From positions 133,537 to 197,536 of the forward strand of contig MNCI01002391.1 in assembly GCA_015680685.1 (NCBI GenBank): a stretch of 64,000 nucleotides of DNA, written 5' to 3'. The translations under genes were made by a program, and so were the position numbers. The notes below the pieces were generated by a model. That model did no database searches. It was not told the origin of the DNA and saw nothing but the letters and a program-made list of their open reading frames with translations. The DNA is from Gnetum montanum (taxonomy: Eukaryota > Plantae > Gnetophyta). Shown piece after piece: positions 38,637 to 51,000 of this stretch (positions are counted from its first letter, which is position 1; each line of letters begins with the position of its first letter).

Positions 38637-39442
38637 AATGTTAAGACAAATTTGAGGTTAGGAAACAAGGTAGAATCATCAGCACAATAAATTATAAAAT
38701 CAACTATACATCAAAAGCCAATGTGATAAAAATTTTAAGAGAATAAAAACAAAGGTGACTCCTAAGCTCCTACTAAATCCAAGCTAAAGATCGAGCAATG
38801 TAATTCTATTATCCTTATCACAATAAATACATGTGGTTGGTTGCTTAACAAGAAAGCTATTTCTAAGTTTATCTTGAGATATCTCATAGTTTCCCAAACT
38901 TTTCTCTACCTTTACTAGAATAATCTTTAGATCTTTTATAGGTTACATGGAGCTTCCAATAGATTGTCTTAAGTAATCTCCAAATCTAATTTAGATCTTT
39001 GTAAAGTTATGTAGATCTTTACTCCAAGTCTTATGAATGATTTTAATATTGATGTTGGTACTTCCACATACTTATACTTTAATATTTAATAAAACCAACA
39101 TGTTGCCATTGCTAATTTTTAACAATGGCCCCTCAATGCCAACATGAGGACAAAACTTAAAAATACACCCATTGACTCACCTTGAAATATTTACTTCTCA
39201 ACATGTATACTATTTAATTTCATACCACATGGGAATTTGTATGTTTCAATACAAAAAATTGATAACTTGCATAAAATAAAACTTATTGATGGAAAACTTC
39301 TCTAAGAAAATATCCATCTTTGCATAAACTTGCAAAATCATCATAAGAAAATATCTATCTTATGATATATGCTTAAATCTACAATAAAGTTCATACCTCA
39401 CTCTAAGAAAATATCCATCTTTGCATAAACTTGCAAAACCAT

Positions 39443-40041
39443 TGATGAATCATGGTTATCAGGGGCTGCGTATACTAGGCCTCATATAGTAGGCCCCGTA
39501 TACTAGGAAGGCTACGTATACTAGGCCCCGTATACACAGCCTTATACGCAGCCTTGTTTATGTAGCATCTATTCTAGCCTATAAATAAGTGTGCTTCTGC
39601 CACACTTAGGCATCTTTTGGGTTAATTGTAGGGAAGCTCTTGCAATTTGTTTTCATAGAAGTTAAACTATTTTCCCAAGTGCATGCCCATAGTGTGATGC
39701 TTGTAATTTTACGGAACCTTTATTCAAGTGTGACGTACTTGGACACACACATGATCAGCAATAAAAATCGAGATTACTTCATCATTGCAGCATTCACTTA
39801 GTTTTAATTATTTAATTATTATTGTTATTTATTGTTTTCTTAGTTAATATTTCTTTACCATCATTTACTATTCCTATTGNATGTGACAAAGCAAATACTA
39901 GTCTAGGTGGGAAGACAGCGAACTACGATCAACGTGTAACTATCTAGATACCACAACTAGCCTCTGCACATAGTTCGACCGGATCGTGTGTGAATGCTCA
40001 TATTCATATGGTTGAGTGTAGGGGTACCTCGCCACTCATCA
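39443..40041 (+). repeat. LTR of TGATGA...TCATCA family with perfect 5-bp TSD; contains an N gap
   Basis: ACCAT|TGATGA...TCATCA|ACCAT; GGCCCCGTATAC repeats; CCTATAAATA; N at 39880; homologous to 49241-50167. Confidence 0.9.
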
Positions 40042-40984
40042 ACCATCATAAGAAAATATCTATCTTATGATATATGCTTAAATCTACAATAAAGTTCATA
40101 CCTCTATCTTATGACACATGCTTAAATCTACAAAACCAACATAAGAAGATATCTTATGATATATGCTTAAATTTGCAAGAATGTTTATCCTGCAATAAAA
40201 ACAATTCATCTAGACACAGTGACGAAACTAAATTAGAAACTCATCCCATGAGGAATACTCCATCCTATAAAACAATCTTGGTACAACCAACAATGGTGAA
40301 TTCATACAAGTAGCAAGTAACTTGTCATGTATACAATGATGAAATCATAAAAGAAACTTATCCTATAAAACCAGTAACTACCCTCGAGAATAATACATCT
40401 TATGACATTAGCAACAAACCTATAGAAACAACCTATCCTTTGCAATACTTGCAAAAAATCCATTCATCATACTATATATTTGCATACTGCATAAGATGTT
40501 ACACCATTGTTGCCCATTCGTAGCAAAGTTTGCATTGGATGTTAAAATTTGAGCTACTACACATCTAGGTAATATCTATTTGCCATATGCTTAGTCTGTT
40601 ACTATAAACCAATAATGATCATGTTCACATTTGCAAATAGTAATAATACCTACAAACTAGTGGAACATCTAGTAAAAGAGTCAAAACCTAAGGAAACCTC
40701 AATACATTCATAATCTTGTACATAAAGCATCATCATTAACAAAAGCTATACTAAAAATTTTAATTACCAATTTTTTTAGTAACACCAAATCACATAAAAC
40801 ACATATATCAAGGGCCTTTAAGTAACACCACATTACATAAAACATATATATCAAGAGCCTTCAATTAAACCTCACTTTGATACCACTTGTTACAAAATAT
40901 TTGTGGGGGTGGGGAATGGTGTATTAGAACCTAAAATAAGTGAAACATAAGTATATCCCAAGATTTATAGAAGTTTATAACTTA

Positions 40985-41056
40985 GTGCTACCTAATAGAA
41001 TCGAGCTCATGACTTGGGGTTACCACGCCAAGATTTGTAGTACTAGGCTAACACCT
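40985..41056 (-). mobile_element. tRNA-derived SINE head (decayed)
   Basis: Minus strand GGTGTTAGCCTAGT...AAGTCATGAGCTCGATTCT, similar to 54920-54990. Confidence 0.45.
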
Positions 41057-42359
41057 CACTCTTATGAAAAATTAAGGTTAGTTAATCAAGGAGAACCATC
41101 ACAACAAAGCATAAAATCAAACACAACAAAATCCATTGTGATAAAAATAACCAAAAAGAAAGTGGCTCCAAGCCCTTGATAAAGGAGGGCAAATGATCAA
41201 GCAATGCAATATTATTAATTTTCATTACAATAAATACATGTGGTAGCTTGCTAAACAAATAAGCTATTTCTAAGTTTATCCTAAGATATCTCATGGTTTC
41301 CTTAAATTTTCTCTAGCTTCATTGGAATAATCTTTAGATCTTCTGCATCTGATGTGAACGTTGCCTAGGGGCTATGGTGGGACCGATAACATTGTGTAAA
41401 TATATTATTGATTGATGAAAATTTTTAATTGATTTCATAATCTTGTGGTTACATTTTTCTACGTGCATGTTGAGGTTTTGAGTTCAAAACTTTTATTTTG
41501 CTCTAATGTATCATAGCTTCCATTTTTTACAATTTTTCCCCATGTCATTGCATATGATATGTTCCTTTCTTTAATTTTTTGCAAGCAAACACATAGACAT
41601 GCTAATTTAGATTGCAGATCAAAGAGCAAAGCATTGTAAGTTCTAGTTTTGGTGTTGATAAAAGAACACTGCACAAAATAAAGTTTTCATTTCTTTTCTT
41701 TCCTTTTTTTAGCCAATCTATAAAAATAGTATTAGCAAACTTTTTAGTGTTTTTTTTTTCACTTGAATTGTAGCTATAGATCACAACATACAAACAGTTC
41801 TCTTTTTGGCTGAGCTAGTTTGCAACTCAACATTGGAGATTAAACAGCAAAGCTCACAAAAATTCATCCATTTAATATAGTGTTTGTTTTGGAATAGGCT
41901 ATCACAAGTTGCATGATTGGATAGGCAAGGATACAAAAGTGTCTCCGTTGTGCCTTAACTATTATGCATAGCCATTGTGCTAGCTCATGCATCTTGGATG
42001 ACCATCATTAGCCATGCTTACATATCCCTACGTACTACCCTTGTATGTCAATGAGCTAGGCCCACTAACATGAAGGGCAGGACCCAAGAATACTTATTTA
42101 AATAAAATAAAAATATATTTCATTCTTATCCAACCGAATAGCATAACGGTATACATTTCAAATCTAAAACAAGACGTTAAGGGTTCAAGTTTGTTTTTCA
42201 CTTAAACTTTTAGCACGTACTGAGAATTCCTTCCTTCACGATGGATATTGAGACATACATGATATATACTACCATGTATAAGCATGCATCGTGGTTAAGG
42301 CACAGTGGAGATTTGGTGGTACCGGCAAATAAACTGTGCTCCCTTTCTGACGCCTGCTT

Positions 42360-42710
42360 GGTTAGTAACAGCAGTGCTACCAAATGAATCATGATGGGTT
42401 TCCATAAAACCCAACACACACAGGATTTTCAGGAAGAGGGAGCTGCATCATGCAAATGTCAAGGAAAGAACAGAGACAAGATTAAGACACAACTGTGCAG
42501 GAAATGCGAACGCTGTATGGGAATTTAGGGCAGTGAAGCAGTGTCAGCAAAGACTGGAATATGCATTGAACTTGGCAAAAATTCGTCGTCTGTTTTCATT
42601 ATTTGCTTTTGACTTCGTTGGAATGTGTGTCATGAGACATGTCACTTCGCTAGTAGCCAGTTAGTCGTTGGAGAGGATCAGATCCATTTCCATTTGCACT
42701 TACATGACGT
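42360..42710 (-). pseudogene. 5' end and promoter of a DUF761-gene paralog
   Basis: Aligns with 44465-44846 (CAGCAGTGCTACCAA...ATCATGATGG; GATCCATTTCCA.TTGCACTTACAT); 1-bp deletion just after the ATG. Confidence 0.8.
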
Positions 42711-43722
42711 TCTGAAATGCTTTGTCTGCCAATATGTTGAAAATTAAAATCGCTCATGGTTCCATTTGTTTATATAGAAATGTGGTCAGCAGACTCAGCA
42801 CAATGAAATTTAGGTATTTTATCATATGATTTGGAATCAATACGACAACATATTGGATGAATTTTAATTATTTAAATTTAACTGCCAAGATTGCATCCTA
42901 ACCAATGGTCCTTAGTGGAATTTCTTAACAAAAAAATATTTAAAGAACAAGGTTCAAAAGCATCAAATGCTACACATGCAAAACTGTAAGCAAAAAAGAT
43001 TCACAGCAGCTACATTACAAAGCATCATGCATGGAACAAGCTCTATCAGTTTTCTATTTGCCATCCTGTTTGAAGCTGAGAAATCATGTCCTGAACCAAC
43101 TTCTTAAAGGAAATAAAAAGTAAATAAATTAAAAACGAAAGGCTCCTATTTGAAGCAATGATTACAAAAAGAAAAATTGCCTGAGCTGTATTTTAATTTT
43201 AAAGTTGCAGGGGAACTCTCGTTTCCAAGTTATATACAGGTCTACCTTCATCTTAATCAGTAAATAAAGCAATGGTTAAAAACTATTATTTGAAGGTGGT
43301 CTCTTACCCTCTGGTCTACTATTTTCTCTCGGTGCATCTGTTTATACACAGTTGTCCAATAGCAAGGATAATGCTTCTGCTGTTGCCTGCATTAACTCGG
43401 TCCTCTCTGAATGGCAACTGACGCTACTGTAACATAATCAAAGCAGTTAAAAGAGTTTCTGTGAAAATCCATGCTGAATTTTAGCTTTTTTAGCTCTCAC
43501 TGCACAAGTCTAGCCCTGATAAATTAAGTAGACGGTAATTAACAGCTTAAAAAGTTTGATGCAAGTTGCGATGGGTTGCATCAATCTACCATGGAGGCCT
43601 GATAATGAATTAGGCTTGGATGCCATGTGATTCCAGTGAGACGCGAAAAATGAAATGAATTGAGATTATGTACAGACAGCGAGAAAAAATACATGAAAAT
43701 TTTGATACAAGAGGCTCCAGGT

Positions 43723-44490
43723 CTAACAATCAGTAAGCTGATTTCGAGAGTCATCTCGCTGCATTCTGAGTTGGGTACGAAAATTCTCGATGAAAGTTTC
43801 CGCTTTGTGGTACAATTCATCCCTGCTAATCTTCATTTCTTTCCCCCGAATCCGCCGTTGCCGTGCTTGCCCTTTTTGTTTGGTGCAGCGGCTGTAATTT
43901 TGTTCCTCCTCGTCTGCCTCTCCACGTATCTCGAACACCACCACACAATTCTCTGTCGAACACCAGGATCGGGTCTCTGCTGATTTCAGGGCAGCTTGAT
44001 TGCAGCACATTTCAGAAAGATTCATGGAGGATCTTGTCATTTTCGTTTTCATGAACCCGGAATTACAATTGGAATTGGAATTGCTACTAATTTTATGCTT
44101 CTTCTGTAGTTCTTCTTCCATGGATTCCGTGCAGGAGCTTGACTTCTGAACATGTACTTCAGAGCCAGAGAATGAGGAAGAGCAGGGATACTGCTCCATC
44201 TCAAAGGGGAACTTGACAGTGAAAGGTCTTGAATTCAGGCCGATTGTGACAATTACAATATTGAGAACAACATAAATCCTTGCCTTTGTCATGCAGCTTC
44301 TGGCTGTGCCTGCAATTATCTTCATTTTCTGCTTCATCTCCCCAGCCATGATGCAGAACATCAAACACAGTGAAACAATGGTCATGGAAATTGCCAATTT
44401 AGAAACAATTCTCCAAACCCGTTTTCTGCTGCCCACGCCTTGTGCAATGGCTGTGTCTGTGTCAGCAGCAGTGCTACCAAAGGAAATCAT
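43723..44490 (-). CDS. DUF4408/DUF761 (cotton fibre expressed protein-like) membrane-anchored protein, 255 aa, intronless
   Basis: Open frame with hydrophobic segments, DUF4408-like RIYVVLNIVIVTIGLNS and C-terminal DUF761 ISRDELYHKAETFIENFRTQLRMQRDDS. First ATG is at 44490 (MISFGSTAA), conserved in the paralogs; CpG retained. Confidence 0.88.
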   Translation of the reverse strand: MISFGSTAADTDTAIAQGVGSRKRVWRIVSKLAISMTIVSLCLMFCIMAGEMKQKMKIIAGTARSCMTKARIYVVLNIVIVTIGLNSRPFTVKFPFEMEQYPCSSSFSGSEVHVQKSSSCTESMEEELQKKHKISSNSNSNCNSGFMKTKMTRSSMNLSEMCCNQAALKSAETRSWCSTENCVVVFEIRGEADEEEQNYSRCTKQKGQARQRRIRGKEMKISRDELYHKAETFIENFRTQLRMQRDDSRNQLTDC

Positions 44491-47147
44491 GATGGATTTC
44501 AGTGAAACCCAACACAGAAAAGATTGCTCGGGCAATGGAAGCTGCTGCTGCAATGCAGAAATGAAGGCAAGACCAGAGAAAAGCAGAAAGAAGTGAAGGA
44601 ACAGAGGGCGATTGCAGACAGAAATGTGCGAAAACGTGAAGGCTGTGTGGGAATTTATGGGCGGCAAAGCAGTGTTAGCAATGACTGAGATATATGCATT
44701 GATCTGGGTACCAAAACACCACGTTTGCTTTTATTTGCTTTTTATGCATTTGCTGGCTTCATTTTGTTGGAATGGTGGGTCATCACTTCACTAGCAAGTA
44801 ACAAGTAGGTCGACAGGATCGGATCCATTTCCACTTGCACTTACATTACATAAGGTGCTGTGTTATCCGAAACCCACAATTTTTTCCTTCTGTTACCACT
44901 CCTGGTTTGTGCGCCATCCGTTTTGTAATTTTTTTGACTGCTAATCAGTAACTGTGCTGTCTGTAATCTGTGGATGTTCTTTCTTCCCTCTTAAGGTCAT
45001 GGGCTGTATTTTTTAATATTTCTCCACCAAGAAGATTCGAATCTTATCATAGGGATGTCCAAACATGCAAATTGCTGAGCCGTGGCAAGGATGAGAAAGA
45101 ACAAAGAAGAGCTAATGGGATATTCCTGGGAGTTTAAAAAGAGAGAGTAGCAGAAATGACACATTTATACTGCCATATACGTCACATGAAATGGAACTGG
45201 AATTTGGGGAAAATTTTGTGGGCACCGCATTCCAAATCAAGAAAGATTGTATGTACCCAAATATCACACGCAAGTGAGGCAAACAAACAAGATATAGAAT
45301 TAAGAATGCAAATATGCAATCATGTTTTTACCTTTTCTTTTTGATCGTGATAGAAAATCCATCTACTGTCGGTTCATGTCTTGGATTCCTTGGCTTCTTG
45401 GAGTTGTTTCAGCTTGGCAGCGATTTCTGGATTCCAGCAGCTGCATAGAACATCATGATTTTAGTGGGAGAATACTTCTTGACCATAGTAACTTGCAACT
45501 TGGGCTCAAGAATGACCAGGATTACTTCATGATCATAATACAGTATTGCAACTTGGTTTCAGAATAAAAGGTATAGTTATAAGTGGGTAGCGAGAGTTTC
45601 CAACTTTCCTGTGTCCTGGACATTATACAACTGGGTTTCACTTTCCATTAAGGGTTGGAAAAATGGCCCACACATACATGAAAGGATGAAGTAGTGGGGC
45701 TCTGGCTGGAATACTCATCCTGAAGTAAATCGCGTGACTCAGACCATATGCAATGATTCTACCATATTTGTGGAAATCTTTCTGCAAAGAGATTTGCTTT
45801 TTATCATATGAAAGTACTGCAAGAAAGCAAGGTAGTGGGCATTCTGGCTTACAAACAGTGGAGAATCCACCCTTAATTCAAGCGTGATCAACTTGTCATA
45901 TTCTTTCCCTTAGAAAAGGGCAAAAAAGCAAAGGCACCTGTGTCTTCTTGAAGTCATATAGCATTCATGAGGACAAAAGCAAAGTAAATCCAGCAGCGAC
46001 ATGACTTGGTTAAGGCATGTGGCTTTCATATACCAATAGGTGGTCGTTGAGATGTACAAACATGATGAAAACATTTATTGGAACTGAATTGGTGCAATAT
46101 ATCCTTGAGTTTCCGGACGTCATTTAAAAACACTAGATCAGTCGATTTCATCAAGCTATAAATATTTTCCGAAATGCAGTCACCGTACATGAATTTGAAT
46201 TTGCAGTACATACAATTACTTCAAATTCCCCTCTCCTACTCATGCTTAATGCTCAAAAATCTTCCTAATATTACATAATTTGGTAACCAGTACTAGTAAA
46301 AGCATCCACTGGGTAATCAGCTTCCACGAGGAGTTTAGGAAACATCATGTTCTGTTTATGCACTCAAAATTAGCCTTACCATTTCAAGAGTGCCAGTGGG
46401 ACAGAATATGGTAGTGTTAGCATCAAAGATGGATGGTTCAAGGTCGGATTCAAACTTACATAACCCATATGTTTATTCGTGCAATAATAAGAGTGATCAA
46501 CTTATAGTTGGAGAATGCCACAACAGTGGCTGATGAACTAATTTTCTGAAGAAATTTCAGGATATCAGTTTGTGAAATGTGGAAAGGTACTATTATCTTA
46601 AAGGCACCTGAAAGGTATCACTGTTAAAAATTGATACCATTCAAAATTAATCTGCATAGGCTACGAAACGAATATCTCCGTACATTTTTTCGGTAGGTTT
46701 AAACAATTGGCAGTCATGTAAAATAATAAAATTTATCCAGTAGAGTGATGCCGGATGAACAGCATATGCAAGTGAAGTAGCAAGGTTCGGAGGGAAACTA
46801 CCAGCATCATTACCGATTTTAGTGTATATTTCACTTCATTATGTTTAAAATTTCTTTGCAGATTAAAGAACAAAAGGTCGATAAATCAAAGCCTACCATT
46901 CTAAGCAAGGCCAGTACTCCATAGCTCTATTGACAAAGAGGGGGCTTTTACGACAAAAGCAGATAAAAATAAGAAGAAAGATCATACATTTTTTTAAATT
47001 TTCGTATCTGGCATAAAGAAATAAATAATTTTAATTTCCAATTTACAACAGTTCAAATTTTCTATCAAAAATCGTTTCAACAGAAAATATGATACCTAAT
47101 AAACCATTGAATGCAAGTTCCTTTTGCTGAAAATGAAGAGGCATCAA

Positions 47148-47346
47148 ATGGCTAGCAAATGCAGTAGTGGATAAGAATGGTTATATTCAGAGGAGTTATC
47201 CAAATGGAGTGGATCAAATATTTTTAGGGAGATTCAAACTTTAAGAGTTTATGGCCAGCAAATGCAGTAGAAGATAAGAATGGTTATATTCAGCGTTATT
47301 AAAGTGAAGTGGACCAAATATTTTTATGAACGTTCAAATTTCAAGA
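47148..47346. repeat. ~103 bp tandem duplication
   Basis: ATGGC.AGCAAATGCAGTAG..GATAAGAATGGTTATATTCAG occurs twice. Confidence 0.85.
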
Positions 47347-48039
47347 ATCCTTAAACGAAGGATTGAAAAATGGTGGTATCTTCTTATAGAGTAGTGTAGG
47401 TTTTAAACTACGTTCATGGTTCATCAGCTCTCTTATTGTTTGGAATTTTTATCCATAATTAAAGGAACCGAAGCAAGGAATGTAAGCGTATATTTACTGG
47501 GATGTACGCTTGGTTGCTTAGTTTAGCAAAGGATTACAAAATATATATCAAATTTTACGTGAATTCTGTAACAAAGAATAATGAAAATAAAGGCGGACAG
47601 CACAAAAGGTTATAATTTGTGATTGCATACAAAGTACAGTGGTTGAATTCAGGTAATCAAAAAAGTCATTGAATTAAAAGTCTCACGATCTTAGAGTCGG
47701 CGACTTCACCCCAAGTACACAGATTAGGGGTCTGGCAGCAACCAGCTTGAAAAAGCATTTTATTCTTACTTCCTTTCCTAAGCATCTTGTGCTTCCCTTT
47801 CTACTCCAGAGAGGTTAGGTTGAAGAAGACAAAGAAATGAATCATTCACCCCACTTACAGTGTATTCGGTGAAGGAAAAATTCAACAACAGTTGAAGAAA
47901 AGACCCTCTTCATCTATTGGATAGTTCAACAACAGAAAAAAACAAAAAAAAAATCAAGATTCTAAATTAAAACTGAAGCATATGTAGACCCTCTCCATCT
48001 ATTGGATAGTTGGAATATACATGTTATGAGGTCTGAAAA

Positions 48040-51000
48040 CACAAATTTTGGATAAATCAATTTAATTTGGAATTGTAATATCCTACTTATATCAGTTTTA
48101 CTTGTTTAATTAAGAAATGCAAAGATCAGTTTATTAACGTGCACAAAGTTGATGATAACCAATATTTGTGGGTTCATGTGCTAGGCATTTCAGAGGTTCT
48201 TTACATTGCTTTTTGTTATTTTTCTCTGAGGGATTCTAGAATCTACAATTCTGCTAATCTTTCATGAGACCATCCTTTTCACTACCTAAGTCAAGATGTT
48301 GCAATATTCTCCAGACGTAAAGTTTTTCTTTGTGGGGATTTTAATGCTCATGTTAAACAAAGTCATATTCAAAGGCTTATTTGGAATTCTCAATTAAACT
48401 TCAGTGAAGAGCTTTATTTAGTTCACAAAAGATCCTTTGTTGATCATAGTACAAATCATAGAGGTATTCATTTCTTAGAGGGGTCATCCCTTTGATTTTT
48501 TTAATCCTTAACAACATCAGCAAATTTCCTTCTCCCCTCATTTCACTTTTACTAGGCACCAAGGTAGCTCTTGTATTGATCTTCACTTGTTTACTCATGA
48601 TAATATAGATGCAATGAAAAATGTTTACGTGGGGAAAAAACTTCCAGAATCTTCTCATCATTACTTGAAATTCACTATTCTTGCTTCAATTCATCATATT
48701 CATTCCAAGGAATGCAGAACTTCTCATCTCATAGAAAACCCTCATCAAGATTTTCAAACAAGAGTAGCTAATATGTTGGTCAACAATGACAATAAGGTAA
48801 ATTTGACTAATGTTCTTTTGTATACAGTTGCTTACATGTAGAAAACCTTGGTTTGATGTGGACTGTTTGTCAACTCATAAAAATGTTATAGCTTCACATT
48901 TTGATGTTTTAATAGTGAATTATGGAAAGTTTGTTATTTATTTATTTTAAAAAAAGAAGTTCATTACAAAAGAGTAAAAAATGATTATCTGTGAGCTCTA
49001 CTCAAATCGAAAGAGCTTTTGGAATTTATTCTAAGACAAACAACATGGTTAGGATTTTTCCTTATTTACTATTCAAACTTTCTTCCATGGGCTTTTTAAT
49101 TAAGAGGCTCCCCTACCTATGCAAAATAACTCTAGTGTTCTCGAGTTATCCCTTGATGATGTTTCTACAGGAATTCAAAGATTATCTTCTAGGAAAGATG
49201 TAGATGTTAACGGATTATATTCAAAGCTTCTTAAACTGGCTGATGAATCGTGGTTTGTTAGGTGCTAATATCGGACCCTTGATATCAGACCCTTGTTAAC
49301 CAGGTGCTGATATCGGACCCTTGTTAGCGGACCCCTGATATGAGTCTCGATATTAGACCCTTGATATTAGACCCTCGATATCAGGTACACGATATCACAG
49401 CCTGGCTAACGATATCGGATATGTGATATCGTGGTTCCTGTGTGAGCCTATAAATACACAATTGGACACATGGGAAAGTCATAGGAAGTTAGTATTAGAG
49501 TAGGATCTTTTTGTCAATTTTTCCTATCAACCCTTTTTCCTCAGTGCATGCCCGCAGTGTGATGATTATAATTGTACAGAACCTTTATTCGAGTGTGACG
49601 TACTTGGACACGCACATGACCGATAATAAAGATTGAGATTACTTCATCATTGTAGCATTCACTTAATTTTAATTGTCATTTATTGCTTTCATAATTAATA
49701 TTTTTCTACCCTCATCTCCTATCTCTGTTAGTAAACGTGGAATGAGTACGACTTAATCACGAGCATTTAAGTGTGACTACTTGGTATCCCAATAGCATAC
49801 CTAGGACATGCACTTGGTAATCCCAGTAGTAGTACACGAGTTCCAAGATGTGTATGGATGATTAAAGGACGGATGCTCATCGCACATAGGCTAGCTTAGA
49901 CTCTCTTCACCCTTTCCCTCTTAGGTTAATCAAAGTTATTTCCATTGCCTTTAGGAGTAGCACTAGCTTAGGACCACATCGTACACCTCACTCTGGACTA
50001 AACCATACGTGACAAAGCAAATACTAGTCTAGGTGGGAAGACAGCGAATTGCGATCAACAAGTAACTATTTAGATACCACAACTAGCCCATCTATGGAGT
50101 TTTACCAGATCGTGTGTGAACGCTCGCATTCATATGGTTGAGTGTAGGGGTACCTTGTCACTCATCACTTGCAATCTTCTTAACAAAGGGCTTCAACAGA
50201 GTTTGGATCACTCTTGGTGTTCTAGTGGAGCAATTTTGCTTTCAAAAAAGGAGATGAGAAAAATCTTAATAATTACCGATTGCAATCAATTCAATTTTCA
50301 CTAAGCCTTTAGGTACTATTTTGGAGAATAAAATTAGTTCATGGGCAAAAATGCAAGGTCTTTGTGCTCAGTCACAAGTAGGCTTCAAAAAGAATCATGC
50401 TATTATAGACCATTTAATAACTTTGTGTTATTGTGTAGAGAAAGAAAAAAGACCCAACCATACAACGTTTATTTGTTTTGTTGATTTTTCCAAGGCTTAT
50501 GATTCTATTGCTTGAGATAAACTTTGGAAGAGATTGTATAGCATTAACATTCCACTAGATCTCCTTTTTGTTACTAAAAGAATTTATGAGACAATTAACA
50601 TTCTTATTGAAGATAATCTTATTGGAGAAAGAACAATTATCAATAACTTAGTTGGAGTTAAACAAGGTTGCCCTTTATCCCCTACCTTTTTTGGCATATT
50701 TATTGATTAATTGGAGGAATGGATGCAAAATGCCTCTAATCATGGTATGTTAGGAAATGGATTATTTTTCAACATGCTTCTCTTTGTAGATGATGTGGCC
50801 TTGACTACAAAATCAACTATAGGATTAAATTATATGCTTCAAATTCTCCTTGACTATTGCAACCATTTGGGTATGAAAATTAATACTAATAAGACTAAAA
50901 TTCTAGTTTGTGGTACTAAAAATAGAGATTACAATTTTTTCCTTGGAGAAAAAAGGCTTGATATATGTGAATATTATAAATAATTGGGAGTTGAATTTGC

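Larger units (their letters stand above)
38639..41345 (-). mobile_element. Non-autonomous copia-type LTR element, 5' LTR truncated
   Basis: LTR homology between 38745-38935 and 41150-41342; minus-strand tRNA-Met PBS TGGTATCAAAG (40876-40886); decayed PPT ~39165-39175; noncoding repetitive interior. Confidence 0.7.

Noticed and set aside
44491-44667. N-terminal 59 aa of the 314-aa ORF-track call
   Set aside because: It begins at TTG, overlaps a TATA-like region and is not frame-conserved in the paralogs; ATG 44490 is the likelier start.
43581-44794. Overlapping ORFs around the DUF761 gene (43660-43983, 43863-44054, 44291-44596 etc.)
   Set aside because: Shadow frames of the real CDS with no recognisable domains.
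47960-48030. SWNI as the start of the LINE endonuclease
   Set aside because: This segment aligns with a short repeat also at ~5025-5100 and 47901-47926, so the motif may be coincidental; the LINE 5' boundary is left approximate.
49262-49430. CRISPR-like short repeats (also 24365-24595, 39465-39550, 62095-62215)
   Set aside because: Eukaryotic context, irregular degenerate units, no unique constant-length spacers and no cas genes; these are LTR or UTR tandem motifs.
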